64,000 nt of DNA from a virus. Its lineage: Duplodnaviria > Caudoviricetes. The translations under genes and the position numbers were made by a program. The stretch spans positions 14,392 to 78,391 of the IMG/VR virus record IMGVR_UViG_3300005544_000001, one strand, 5' to 3'. Below, one piece after another: positions 45,994 to 55,444 of the stretch; within the stretch, counting starts at the first letter, position 1, and each line of letters starts with the position of its first letter. A model generated the notes under the pieces. It was not told the origin of the DNA. It saw only the letters and a list, made by a program, of their open reading frames with translations, and searched no databases.

Positions 45994-46454
45994 TGAAGAC
46001 AATACCACTCACTCAAGGAAAGTTCGCAATCGTCGATGACGAGGATTTTGAATGGTTAAGCAGTTATAGCTGGTCTTTCCACCACGCGGGTTACGCACAG
46101 CGTGGCGATATAAGCGGCGGTAAATTGCGCATGGTTTTTATGCACCGGCAAATTCTCGGCACTCCAAAAGGGGTTGACACCGATCACGTTAACGGAGATG
46201 GGCTAGATAACCGAAAGTCCAATTTAAGAAAAGCCACGAGATCTGAAAATCTCTACAACCAAGGAGTGCCGGCTCACAACACCACCGGATTTAAGGGCGT
46301 ATGCTTCAATAAACGGTGCGGTAAATTTCAGGCTGAGATCCGGGTTTCTGGAAAGCCCCGACGCCTTGGTCTATTTGTAACCAAGGAAGAAGCCCATGCC
46401 GCATATTGCATGGCTGCGAAAAAGCTGCACGGAAAATTCGCAAGACTCAAGTAA
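45993..46454 (+). CDS. HNH-AP2 homing endonuclease
   Basis: ATG 45993; IPLTQGKFAIVDDED, MHRQIL, DHVNGDGLDNRKSNLR, AP2 tail. Confidence 0.9.
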   Translation: MKTIPLTQGKFAIVDDEDFEWLSSYSWSFHHAGYAQRGDISGGKLRMVFMHRQILGTPKGVDTDHVNGDGLDNRKSNLRKATRSENLYNQGVPAHNTTGFKGVCFNKRCGKFQAEIRVSGKPRRLGLFVTKEEAHAAYCMAAKKLHGKFARLK

Positions 46455-46834
46455 TGTCCAATTTCTTCGCAGACTGGACGCCAGAGAAAGTCCGCCAGCA
46501 CAATGAGCGCGTTAAAACTCGTCATCCAGGGAATCGGCAGGCCGTCCTCTTTCAAGAACTCGAAGATGATTTGCCAGCCGAAAGGATACAGCCGTCCAAT
46601 TCTGATTACCGACCCGAAGATCCGAAAGTGGATGGACAAGGCAACCCGTCTTATCGAATCGCAGTTACGGTCCTGGTTAGCGACTACAGGGACCTCGACC
46701 TCGACGGATGCGGAAGTACGATCCAGGATTGTATCATCGCTGCCGTTGGAAGACTCTTACGTTTGGGTCGAGTCGATCTCCGTAAACTGGCGAAGAGTCA
46801 GGAAAGGCGAAGAGGGCGCCGAAATCGTGATTGA
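46454..46834 (+). CDS. Overlapping ORF with a RusA-like acidic motif
   Basis: ATG overlaps the HNH stop; YRIAVTVLVSDYRDLDLDGCGSTIQDCI. Confidence 0.4.
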   Translation: MSNFFADWTPEKVRQHNERVKTRHPGNRQAVLFQELEDDLPAERIQPSNSDYRPEDPKVDGQGNPSYRIAVTVLVSDYRDLDLDGCGSTIQDCIIAAVGRLLRLGRVDLRKLAKSQERRRGRRNRD

Positions 46835-46853
46835 GCGCGTGGCGCCTCAGTGA
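46503..46853 (+). CDS. RusA-like Holliday junction resolvase
   Basis: LKLVIQGIGRPSSFKNSK N-terminus and EDSYVWVESISV...GAEIVIE C-terminus; central catalytic motif not obvious in this frame. Confidence 0.5.
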   Translation: MSALKLVIQGIGRPSSFKNSKMICQPKGYSRPILITDPKIRKWMDKATRLIESQLRSWLATTGTSTSTDAEVRSRIVSSLPLEDSYVWVESISVNWRRVRKGEEGAEIVIERVAPQ

Positions 46854-47254
46854 CCCTTGTTCCCGTAGCCGTGCCCGGGCGGAAACTTCGGGATGGAAGG
46901 CGGGGATGGCGGGAGGTTGACTTCAATGTCCGCGGTCGAACTGACCGAACCTCCGTCGTGATGGTCGGGCCGGATGAGCGCGCCGGCAGCTGCGATGCCT
47001 CCGCCCGTCGCTGCGCCAGGCACGAGTCCAGGACCGGAGAATGCGTGGGGAAGAGTCCAGTTGGTCGTGCCGGCAGGACGAAGCGCGACGACGGTTACCG
47101 AGGGGGCAAAGAAGCCAGTGGAGCGATAGGCGCGGATCTCAGCGCCGTCGGGCAGTTTGGCCTTGCTGTAGGTCATGGGCCCCACGCAGCCGACGAGCAG
47201 GAGATTGACGAGCGCCAGGAAGGTAAGGGCGATAAGCACGAATCGGTTTCGCAT
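46847..47254 (-). CDS. Lipoprotein
   Basis: ATG 47254; MRNRFVLIALTFLALVNLLLVGC lipobox. Confidence 0.65.
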   Translation of the reverse strand: MRNRFVLIALTFLALVNLLLVGCVGPMTYSKAKLPDGAEIRAYRSTGFFAPSVTVVALRPAGTTNWTLPHAFSGPGLVPGAATGGGIAAAGALIRPDHHDGGSVSSTADIEVNLPPSPPSIPKFPPGHGYGNKGH

Positions 47255-47363
47255 GGTGGCGAAAGTAGGATGGACTCTGCGGCGCAGGCAAGGGTAATCT
47301 CGGGGCATGAACCATCCAGGTTTTAAAGCGGCAGCCCGATCGATCGCACGACGTGAAGGTTAC

Positions 47364-47696
47364 TCACTCAGCCGGGCCAACAGGATTCTGGCTGCAGGTG
47401 CCCGCGGTGCCAGCAAGGCTGCCGTTCGGCGCAATCCCAGGCTGCTGCGGGTCCGCCGCGGTCGGCGATAGCGTGAACTCGACGGGGAACTTGTATTGCT
47501 CGGACTTCCCTTCCCACGCGGTGTAGGCGCCGACGCCGCGGGCGACGAGCGCCTCGACGGTCGTGGTGCCGAACCATTTCGAGTAGGTGAGAACCTTCTT
47601 TGCCCAGAACCCGCCCGGGTGACGGATGAGTTTCCCGTCGTTGGTGCGCGCGAAGTCGATCGCGTCGCGCATGGTCTTCGAGAGTTTCGGAGTCAT
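47364..47696 (-). CDS. Hypothetical protein
   Basis: ATG 47696 overlapping upstream stop. Confidence 0.55.
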   Translation of the reverse strand: MTPKLSKTMRDAIDFARTNDGKLIRHPGGFWAKKVLTYSKWFGTTTVEALVARGVGAYTAWEGKSEQYKFPVEFTLSPTAADPQQPGIAPNGSLAGTAGTCSQNPVGPAE

Positions 47697-48691
47697 GCTG
47701 ATGCAAGTTGCCCGATTTTCTGGATCGGAAACTGTTTGATGTTCCAAACGCCGTCAGGAAGTCGTCCCTGCCGACCGTCGTACATCGAGCAATCCTGTTT
47801 CACGTAGCAAGGAACGACCGCGATTGCGCACTGAGCCGCAATGTCGATAATCGCCTCTGCCCCGCAATCACGCCTATTCGCGCCACTCTCGCCGCCAACG
47901 ATCACCCAGTCTACTTTCGGTCCGCGGGAAGGTTCTTTGCCAAGCGCCGTATAATCGCAGTGCGGAACATGCACGGGACTGCCTGTCCAATCCCAGCAGA
48001 GCCCCATGCCGTCGTCGTGGCCTTTGTTAGCGGACAGATCAACCTCTTCCAAGAGTGGCTCAACGCTCAGAAATCGAACGGCCGCCGGCGTCGCCAGCAA
48101 CTGAGGGATCCTCTCGTTGGCTCGCTTCTGATCTTCAACAGAGACGCCGAGCCAGAGGTTTGGCGGCGGGATCGGATTTGTCTTTCGCGTCCAGCGAACG
48201 ATCATGTCCATGGCTGCGCGCGCTGTGTCCCATGCAGCCATGACGCGCTCTTCCCAAAGCTCGATGCGCTTCGTTAGCATGAGCACGTCCACGTTCGGAG
48301 CGTCGTTGATGGCGCCCAGACAATCCGCCAGCGTCTCGGGCATCCACGCACGATCCAGCCAATCGGAGTTGCTGTCGGCGAACAAACGGATCCTGCGGAA
48401 CAGTCCTCCGCATTCGCAAACACCGCGCAGAACGAGTCGAGCAAACGGCGCTGTCTCTCCGCACAGGTCGCAGATGCAAAGCTTGTTCAGCCGGCGGATC
48501 TTCTTGGCGAACTCAGCCACTGGATACCGCGTTGCGTTTGGTCCCCAAGTCTCGATTCCGCGGTGACGCAGCACTCGAGCGCGCGTCCCTACTTGGGCGT
48601 AACAGTTCTTGCAACCAGGGCTCACCTTGTCACAGCCAGTCACGGCATTGGTCGTATCATCGCACCAGCCTATCGGATTCGTGAGTTTCAT
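47693..48691 (-). CDS. DUF5131 (phage Gp37/Gp68) family protein
   Basis: IGWCD.T.N.VTGCDKVSPGCKNCYA, LTKR, NLWLGVSVEDQ, RFLSVEPLL, DWVIVGGESG. Confidence 0.92.
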   Translation of the reverse strand: MKLTNPIGWCDDTTNAVTGCDKVSPGCKNCYAQVGTRARVLRHRGIETWGPNATRYPVAEFAKKIRRLNKLCICDLCGETAPFARLVLRGVCECGGLFRRIRLFADSNSDWLDRAWMPETLADCLGAINDAPNVDVLMLTKRIELWEERVMAAWDTARAAMDMIVRWTRKTNPIPPPNLWLGVSVEDQKRANERIPQLLATPAAVRFLSVEPLLEEVDLSANKGHDDGMGLCWDWTGSPVHVPHCDYTALGKEPSRGPKVDWVIVGGESGANRRDCGAEAIIDIAAQCAIAVVPCYVKQDCSMYDGRQGRLPDGVWNIKQFPIQKIGQLASA

Positions 48692-48948
48692 GCGCTCGCC
48701 CTTTTCCCGTTCATCAGTTCAACGATCTCGCGTGATGTCATCTCGATCGCCCCGTTCTTGATCGCCTCGGTCCGCTTGCTCAGGCACACGTCGAAGTGCT
48801 CCTTGCTTGTGCCCTTTTTCTGGAGCCACCGGTGCGCCACGCCTATCTTCGTCGCCATAGCCAAAAGTTCCTCCGTCGTGTCGGCCGCCATGTGGCACAT
48901 CTGCATCCGCCCGAATCGCGCCCGGAAATCGTCCACGTAGACACTCAT
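48688..48948 (-). CDS. DUF4031 family protein
   Basis: MSVYVDD...MCHMAADTTEELLAMA.KIG...WLQ...HFDV...KR..AI..GA. Confidence 0.88.
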   Translation of the reverse strand: MSVYVDDFRARFGRMQMCHMAADTTEELLAMATKIGVAHRWLQKKGTSKEHFDVCLSKRTEAIKNGAIEMTSREIVELMNGKRASA

Positions 48949-49133
48949 AAATCGTCTCTGATTTTGAGTGCATGAACGAAGGTTTGCCACGCGATGTCCT
49001 CAAGCAGCGCAAGCTCGGGCAGCGTCAGCCGGTTTTGCAATGCAAGAGCGCGAGGGCGAAGTTTCTTATCCCAAAGCTCGGCGAAGTCGCGGCGGGCGGC
49101 TTCCATCTGTTCGGAGTGATGACTTATATTCAT
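48945..49133 (-). CDS. Hypothetical protein
   Basis: 62 aa with overlaps on both sides. Confidence 0.5.
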   Translation of the reverse strand: MNISHHSEQMEAARRDFAELWDKKLRPRALALQNRLTLPELALLEDIAWQTFVHALKIRDDL

Positions 49134-50440
49134 TCAACCTTGCTCTTGTTTTTGAATCTCAACGTTCGCTCATCGAACAGTAGTGAAACCGACGATGGTC
49201 CTGCGTTTCTGGACTTGGGTATCAGAAGGTTGCGATCATTGTTTACACGATCCAGTAAAATCACGGTGTCAGCCTCGGCCTCGATGGCCTTCGAGTCGGC
49301 AAGATCTGACATGCGTGGGCCCCTAGGTTTCTTTCCTTTGTCGATCTCCCGGTTGAGTTGCGCCAAACACACAAGTGCGACATCTGACATCACTGCAGCG
49401 TGCCTTAATCGCTTGCAGGTGTCACCGATGCCGTACGTGTTTTTGTCGTGCTTCCCGACGCTCGAAATTTTCTGAAGGTAATCGACGACGACGAACTTTA
49501 CCCCGTGTTGCCGGGCGTGCCTGCGCATCGACGCAGCGACCTCGGCTGACGACATGCCTCCAGTTGCTTCGATAATGAATAGCGGCGCCTTTGAAATCCT
49601 CGCGTTACTCGTGAGCACCTTTTGAAAATCTCCCTGGTTCAATGTGCCTTTGCTCAGGTCGACAATAGAAATCCCTCCGACAAGCGCCGTGAAACGATCC
49701 ATGAGGGCCGCGCGTGTCATTTCCAGCGACAGAAAGAGCGTTGGGTGATTCTCCATGATGCAAACTCGCTCGATGAGATTGCAGGCAAGCGCCGTCTTTC
49801 CTTCGTATGGGCGCGCGCCGATGACGAGCATCTGTTTAAGCCGCAAGCCACCGTCCGTTCGGTCAAAATCATAAATCCCGGTAGCCAGACCCGGCAATGC
49901 CCCATTCAGGTTGAATCGCTGCTCCAGTTCGTTGATGTATTCGTGGACGAACTTCTTAGCGGTGGACATCTCCTCGTCGCGCCCCTTGTCGGTTTCGGCT
50001 AGCGTTTTTGCTATGTCCTCGAGGAATTCCTGCGGGTTGTGGCAATTGTGAGCCGAAGCAATGGCGTGGGCGCAAGCAGCCACCACGGCCCGGCGCCGCT
50101 GTTTGTCCTGGACCACGGCCAGACGGTGTTCTAGGGCCGCCGGCACGGGCGCAAGGTCTGGCATCCCGCTCAGATAACCCATTCCAACCCTATCAAGCTC
50201 GCTGCGGTCACGAAGGTGTTGCGAGACTGAAACCAGATCTGCAGGCGTGTTTTTCTCCCACAGTGCCAGAATGGATTCATAAACGACTTTGTGGCGCAGG
50301 TCATAAAAAGCCTCAGTCGTGGCCCCCAGCGCCTCGATAACCCTTGGGGTGCATTCGTCTGGCGCCAATAGAATGCAGCCTAGGACGCCCTGCTCGGCTT
50401 CAGGAGAGTGCGGCGGCAGTCTGGTTGCGTCATCGGCCAT
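49130..50440 (-). CDS. dnaB: Replicative DNA helicase
   Basis: ATG 50440; PPHSPEAEQGVLG, GARPYEGKT, FLSLEM, VVVDYLQ, LAQLNR, DLADSKAIEAEAD. Confidence 0.93.
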   Translation of the reverse strand: MADDATRLPPHSPEAEQGVLGCILLAPDECTPRVIEALGATTEAFYDLRHKVVYESILALWEKNTPADLVSVSQHLRDRSELDRVGMGYLSGMPDLAPVPAALEHRLAVVQDKQRRRAVVAACAHAIASAHNCHNPQEFLEDIAKTLAETDKGRDEEMSTAKKFVHEYINELEQRFNLNGALPGLATGIYDFDRTDGGLRLKQMLVIGARPYEGKTALACNLIERVCIMENHPTLFLSLEMTRAALMDRFTALVGGISIVDLSKGTLNQGDFQKVLTSNARISKAPLFIIEATGGMSSAEVAASMRRHARQHGVKFVVVDYLQKISSVGKHDKNTYGIGDTCKRLRHAAVMSDVALVCLAQLNREIDKGKKPRGPRMSDLADSKAIEAEADTVILLDRVNNDRNLLIPKSRNAGPSSVSLLFDERTLRFKNKSKVE

Positions 50441-51302
50441 CGCGCAGATCCTCGTAGGCTTGGTAGTATTCGACGAATTTATAGGAATTCGCGGGCAGCT
50501 CCGGATGCATTTTGAAGAAGATCTTCCGCCATTCCTCCCGGTCATCTAGGCCGTGGAATGGGTGCCCAACCGTTGGCGACGCCTGCGCTGGCGCTGAATC
50601 GAGTCCCAGCTCCCGTGCGGCGTAATAACCGTCGAACTTGGTGGCGTTGAACAGCGTTTCCGGTCGCAAGTAGTCGGCCATGTTCGTTTTCAGCCACTTC
50701 TGACATTGGCGGTCGATCATCCGGCGGACGCCCTCAATCGTTACACCGGGCTCCCGCAGCCTGGCCGTGATGAAGTCCAGATTCTTTGCTGTCTCCCTGA
50801 ACCCGCGGCCTGACTTCTCGTTGAGATACAGAAGCGCAACTCTGGCCTCAGGCGGATATGTCTTTCCATTCTCTTCTACTCTCTTCTCCTCTACTCTACT
50901 CTCCTCTGACGACACAATGTGATCAGTTTGTGCTGCGCGTGTGCGCACATTGTGCGTCCTGTGTAGTACTTTTGTTACGACTCCAACCCGCTTACAGTAA
51001 GTGCTTTGCGTATGGTTCCAACACGGGATGCGGATTTTGTCTGGGTTGGACCGGTCGATCTTGCCAATTTCGCTCAGGAGATTCAGAGCCTCGTTGATCT
51101 TCGGAATGGAGATGTTTGTCTTCCGTGCGTAGCCCATGAGTCGCCTGTTCGCATCTTGTGCGTCGAGTGTGCCGCTCTTGTGATCACACGCTTCGCACAA
51201 AAGTGACACCCAGACCGTGAGCGTTTCGGGTAGGCGGTCGATGGCGTACAGGAAGTCCGTGTCGGAAAGCCAGTGGGGGTAAAACTTGAACCAGTCAGCC
51301 AT
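50430..51302 (-). CDS. Phage replication initiator with conserved phage C-terminal domain
   Basis: MADWFKFY...; YLNEKSGR.F, YLRPETLFNATKFDGY; adjacent to dnaB. Confidence 0.8.
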   Translation of the reverse strand: MADWFKFYPHWLSDTDFLYAIDRLPETLTVWVSLLCEACDHKSGTLDAQDANRRLMGYARKTNISIPKINEALNLLSEIGKIDRSNPDKIRIPCWNHTQSTYCKRVGVVTKVLHRTHNVRTRAAQTDHIVSSEESRVEEKRVEENGKTYPPEARVALLYLNEKSGRGFRETAKNLDFITARLREPGVTIEGVRRMIDRQCQKWLKTNMADYLRPETLFNATKFDGYYAARELGLDSAPAQASPTVGHPFHGLDDREEWRKIFFKMHPELPANSYKFVEYYQAYEDLRDGR

Positions 51303-51317
51303 GGTCATACTCCACGT

Positions 51318-51499
51318 CTCCAGGGAATCGCCCGCCCGCCCGCAATGGGTGCCGAAAGCAGAAGACCCGACGAGGGGCGATTCTCTGGAGAGGTTGAGTA
51401 AACATTTCGGCTTTGCCGATTGCGGTCGGCGTGCCGAAACGGAACCACACCCCACTTCTTCGGTCAAGCCAATCATTTGTGCGGTCAATTGTCAAGCGG
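51318..51499 (-). promoter_or_regulatory. Promoter motif plus structured leader of the replication operon
   Basis: CCGCTTGACAAT at 51488-51499; direct repeat GTGCCGAAA (51349, 51431) with complement at 51405-51411; 15-bp inverted repeat 51318-51332/51376-51390. Confidence 0.5.
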
Positions 51500-51611
51500 T
51501 AAAGCGCGGCCGGGGTCGCCAACAAGGAACCGAGCGGCTCCCGACCTGAAGGCGTATTCCAGGCCGTTGGGAAGGATGCACGCGATCCCCGGCCACGACG
51601 CCAACGCAAAA

Positions 51612-51938
51612 TCAAGCTCGCGCGCTGCCGATGTTCTTCTCGCAGTCGCAGAACTGGCAGCGCATGACGTCCGGGCGCCCGTCGACCGCCAGCCAGGAGT
51701 GTTTGGCGCAGGAATCCTCCCGCACGTCCTTATTCCACTCCTCGATCGCCTCGTGTAACCGTGCGCCAGGCGTCGTGGTTCGCCCGCAGCGGCGGTTTTG
51801 GCACACGAGGCGCACATTCGGTGTCCGAAAGCCGATCACCGCGGCATTTGACCCGCAGAAGCACGGCACGGCCTCATCCAAGTCGGGAGTAGACTCCCAA
51901 TAATCGGGCGACTCATCTCCTCGGGCGAGTATTTTCAT
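51612..51938 (-). CDS. Lar-like Zn-binding protein
   Basis: ATG 51938; VPCFCG...CQNRRC...AIEEWN; second C..C. Confidence 0.6.
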   Translation of the reverse strand: MKILARGDESPDYWESTPDLDEAVPCFCGSNAAVIGFRTPNVRLVCQNRRCGRTTTPGARLHEAIEEWNKDVREDSCAKHSWLAVDGRPDVMRCQFCDCEKNIGSARA

Positions 51939-52113
51939 GGATCTCCTGGATTTTGACCGGTTTGAGCTTGGCCTTGTCGGCAACGACCGTGCTGCCGTCA
52001 GCCATGCGGCAGACAAAGAACCCGGGGATGTCGGCCGGCCGCAGGACGCCCACCAGGTGTTTGCCGTTGGGCTTCTCGTCCGGGCCGTCGGTGTAGATGT
52101 AGGTCGTGCCCAT
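51913..52113 (-). CDS. Hypothetical protein
   Basis: ATG 52113; 66 aa. Confidence 0.5.
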   Translation of the reverse strand: MGTTYIYTDGPDEKPNGKHLVGVLRPADIPGFFVCRMADGSTVVADKAKLKPVKIQEIHENTRPRR

Positions 52114-52352
52114 CAGTTCCTCGCTTTCGCTACGTGCGCCCGATGCGCGTTGATCTCCCAGACTTCGTTCTTCAGCTTGGCGAGCACTACCATTGCCTCT
52201 TTCTCTGGCAGTTCCGCAATCAAGTCCATCGCCATGCTGAAACAAAGTGCGCCAGCCATAAACGCCCCGTGACACTCGCGGTTCTGCACCGCGCTCATGC
52301 CTTTGGGCCAGCAGGCGTCGCGGTATTCCTTCCATAGGTCCTGTAGCATCAT
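52113..52352 (-). CDS. Conserved small phage protein
   Basis: W..Y...C.P...S.VQ..E...AF.AGA pattern. Confidence 0.65.
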   Translation of the reverse strand: MMLQDLWKEYRDACWPKGMSAVQNRECHGAFMAGALCFSMAMDLIAELPEKEAMVVLAKLKNEVWEINAHRAHVAKARN

Positions 52353-52597
52353 GATCGTTTAGCCCTCCCTCCTTTGCGCCCCAGCTTCTGCCGGTGCTTC
52401 CACATCTTGTCGTTCAGGTGGCTCAGATTCAGGTTCAACGGCGGCGGCACGAGCTTCGTCGACGCCCGCTCCTGCCCAGGCAGGTACGTGCGTTCCTTGT
52501 TCCCGGTCACAACACCGCCATAGAGTTCAGCCTCAAACCCGGTATCGATCGCCGTCTGGCGGATGCCCAGCGCGCGCTTGGTCTCTTCGTAGTTCAT
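52349..52597 (-). CDS. Hypothetical protein
   Basis: ATG 52597; basic C-terminus. Confidence 0.55.
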   Translation of the reverse strand: MNYEETKRALGIRQTAIDTGFEAELYGGVVTGNKERTYLPGQERASTKLVPPPLNLNLSHLNDKMWKHRQKLGRKGGRAKRS

Positions 52598-53598
52598 GGG
52601 ATTGGGACGTCGTTGGGGTTTGGCACGAACGATTCGGGCGGCACGACAAGCTCGGGCATCGTCTCCATTGCCTCGGATTGCATCCAAAGCTCTGGCTCGA
52701 CCAGCGCCCAACCGTTGAGAACTACGTTGGCCCGGTAACCCGGCCACTCATCGGCTTTGAGGCATTGACAATAGAGCCCGAGGGCGTTCCTGGCGATGAC
52801 GCCCCCAATTTCCACGAACTCGACGGACAGGCGCCGCTTCTCGACATGAAACGGCTCGTAGTTCTCCTGGATAATGTGACCGAACTCACTCCGATCCTGT
52901 CCGGTTGCCTTCACGTAGAGCGCCGTGTGAAGCCACGCCTGGACATGATAGGCATACGACGCCACGCTGCGCGTCCACAAACGCAGCCCGCCCTGGTTCG
53001 TCGTTTTGTAGTCGATGATCCACTGAGCAAATGCCGAGTCCAGCAGCGGAACAATGTCCAGCAGCGCACGGATTGGAACCTTGAGCCCGGTCGCCTTGTC
53101 CTCCCAGGTGCCCACAACCATGACCTGCTTCGTGCTGGCCTCGATGATGCCGGCCAGCTCCGGATCCGACAGAACGCGCGCGACGGCCGCCTCGGCCTCG
53201 AGCAGCTTGTCGTGTTTTACGACCTCCTGATTCTTGTGGGCGGACAGCCAGTCCTCGCACCAGCCGGCGTTCGCGTTCCACGGCAACGGATCGCCCAGTT
53301 CAATCTCGTGCTTCTTCACCTTCGGATGATGCGCCGGCGCCGGGTAGGTTTCGGGCGTTACGGCGTAACGGTTCGCGAAGTTCGGACGGTCCAGCAGCAG
53401 GCAATCCCACAGGCTGCCGCGGTCGCGGGCCTCGCTCGAATCCAGCTTGTAACCGGCGCGCCAGCGATGCGGACACCGCAGAATCTCGACAAGATCCGAA
53501 CGTGACAACACGTAATCCGGGTGTCCGCGCTCGACCTCCTGCCTGAGATAATCCTCGGCGGTGATGCCTGACCCGATGACTTTGGCCTCTATGATCAT
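52594..53598 (-). CDS. RecE/exonuclease VIII-like PD-(D/E)XK nuclease (DUF3799-like)
   Basis: ATG 53598; LSRSDL, GSLWDCLLL, RALLD, IIDYKTT, YHVQAWLH. Confidence 0.82.
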   Translation of the reverse strand: MIIEAKVIGSGITAEDYLRQEVERGHPDYVLSRSDLVEILRCPHRWRAGYKLDSSEARDRGSLWDCLLLDRPNFANRYAVTPETYPAPAHHPKVKKHEIELGDPLPWNANAGWCEDWLSAHKNQEVVKHDKLLEAEAAVARVLSDPELAGIIEASTKQVMVVGTWEDKATGLKVPIRALLDIVPLLDSAFAQWIIDYKTTNQGGLRLWTRSVASYAYHVQAWLHTALYVKATGQDRSEFGHIIQENYEPFHVEKRRLSVEFVEIGGVIARNALGLYCQCLKADEWPGYRANVVLNGWALVEPELWMQSEAMETMPELVVPPESFVPNPNDVPIP

Positions 53599-54557
53599 GG
53601 ATTGAGATGAATGTGCAGCTTGTCGCCTAATTCGGTGAACTCCTCGAGCGTCAAATCGTTCACGCCTTTGCCCGCCGGCAGAATCTTCCACTCGCGCAAC
53701 TTTTCAACGGCGACATCCCATGACTTCGCGGCTCCACGGAATGACTTGCACTGCTCCCACAGTGCCGCCTTGGCAGCTTTGAGCGGGTCGGTGGGACTTT
53801 GGGGCGCCTTGCCGGCCGCCGTCGCTCCAACAGGCAATGCGGCAGCCTGGCACCATGCCGCAATCGCGGCTCCGTGCCTCGTGTCGATTGGTTCCGTCTT
53901 GTCTTTCGGAAAACAGTCCCGGAGCGACGGATGACTGCACTTCGTCAGGATGATGGAATGATTTTGAAGGATCTCGGCGTGACAGGTCGCTTCGAAGATG
54001 AAGTCTTCCGCCTGAATAGGGGACGTGGCTTCATCCTTCACGATAACCGTTTTGCCGGCCTCGTTCTTCGTCTGCCGGGACTTGTATTTCGCCCTCAGAC
54101 ATATGATCAACGGAATCTTGGCGCGCAGCAACCGTTGAACGAATTTCGCGTGCTCAAACTTCGGCGTCTTCCAGCAGTGCAATCCAGCCTTGCCGCTTTT
54201 CTGTTCGATCTCGCCCGCCATGTCCAGGACGCCACCCATGCCTTCCCACTCATGGGAACCGGAGTCCACAATGCCGACCGTCGCGCCGCTGGCCTCGATG
54301 GTATCGATCGCCTCGACGTAACGCGCTGGGGAAAAAGGTGAACACAGATCGAACGTCTCGAATCCACCAGGCAGGACGTCAGCGTAGAGGCTCGCGCGCC
54401 CGGATTCTGAATCCGCAACGACAATCTTTCCATCCGGGCCGGCCAACCCGCGCGCCAGCAGCATACTCGAATACGTTTTGCCACAACCGCTCTCCGAGTA
54501 GAGAACGATCAAGGGATTGACGCCGACCCGTGTGGCTCTGTGAACTGCAAAACTCAC
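53595..54557 (-). CDS. AAA ATPase, Sak4-like recombination protein
   Basis: SESGCGKTYS, DSESGRASLY, IVDSGSHEW, CLRAK, FIFE. Confidence 0.85.
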   Translation of the reverse strand: MSFAVHRATRVGVNPLIVLYSESGCGKTYSSMLLARGLAGPDGKIVVADSESGRASLYADVLPGGFETFDLCSPFSPARYVEAIDTIEASGATVGIVDSGSHEWEGMGGVLDMAGEIEQKSGKAGLHCWKTPKFEHAKFVQRLLRAKIPLIICLRAKYKSRQTKNEAGKTVIVKDEATSPIQAEDFIFEATCHAEILQNHSIILTKCSHPSLRDCFPKDKTEPIDTRHGAAIAAWCQAAALPVGATAAGKAPQSPTDPLKAAKAALWEQCKSFRGAAKSWDVAVEKLREWKILPAGKGVNDLTLEEFTELGDKLHIHLNP

Positions 54558-54835
54558 GCCGCACCCTCCGCAGTATCGGCCGGCTTGATGTTGAGAGGAA
54601 GGCGCGCGCGTCGCGGTTTCGGTGAACCGTTGGGCTTGCGCGACTTCTTTGCCTTGTTCGTCAGGATTTTAACGATCCCATCCCTGTGCGTCATGATGTT
54701 TTCGGCCAACGTCTCACAATCAGCTGTTTGATTTCCGATTAAAGCAATCAGTTCGTGCTTCTGCGCGAGTTCGATCGACTTGTGCTCGGTCCCGTCCTCC
54801 GTCGTGAATACCTCGGTTTTCTTTTTGGTGATCAT
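54554..54835 (-). CDS. Hypothetical protein
   Basis: 93 aa; F.TEDG.EH pattern. Confidence 0.65.
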   Translation of the reverse strand: MITKKKTEVFTTEDGTEHKSIELAQKHELIALIGNQTADCETLAENIMTHRDGIVKILTNKAKKSRKPNGSPKPRRARLPLNIKPADTAEGAA

Positions 54836-54871
54836 ATTCTTTCGTTGATTGTGCGCTCAGACGAGCGCGGG

Positions 54872-55444
54872 TTAAAATGGATTGTTGACTAAATCTTCAG
54901 CGCGTCCGCCTCGCATAAATTGACCAAGCTCAGTTCGCGGAACTGGCCTCCTGTTCAACGCCTGCTCAACGCAAGATGCCCAGCGACAATTTCCCGGCTC
55001 ATAGTTTCCGTCGTTATCCGGGAAGCGGTCTATGGAAGCGTCTGGAAACGGTTTGCGCCCCATGTCTTCGAGAAAATTCTCGAACACACTCCAACGTTCG
55101 CAAACCCTGATACCGCGCCCTCCGTAATCGCCGTAAGACTTATGATTGGGATTTTCGCAACGCTGGTGCATCATATGCCAAGTGGTGTATTCGGTGCTTG
55201 GACGAACACCTGCGGCGTCTCCGTGTTTGAAATTCCTGCGCGCTACGTTCTCTTTCGCAAGGCACCTGCACGAAACCGTGTAACCGCTAATCAGCGAGGA
55301 TAATCTGACCGTAACTTCTTTCCCGCAGTCGCACTTGCAGATCGCGAACGGGTTCCGTCCGCGACCTTCAATCCGACCGACAGAAAGAACCACGAGGCGC
55401 CCGAATCGAACACCGACTAATTCAGTGTAATCCTTTTTACGCAC
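54872..55444 (-). CDS. HNH-type homing endonuclease
   Basis: GTG 55444; [42 protein letters not shown]. Confidence 0.88.
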   Translation of the reverse strand: MRKKDYTELVGVRFGRLVVLSVGRIEGRGRNPFAICKCDCGKEVTVRLSSLISGYTVSCRCLAKENVARRNFKHGDAAGVRPSTEYTTWHMMHQRCENPNHKSYGDYGGRGIRVCERWSVFENFLEDMGRKPFPDASIDRFPDNDGNYEPGNCRWASCVEQALNRRPVPRTELGQFMRGGRAEDLVNNPF

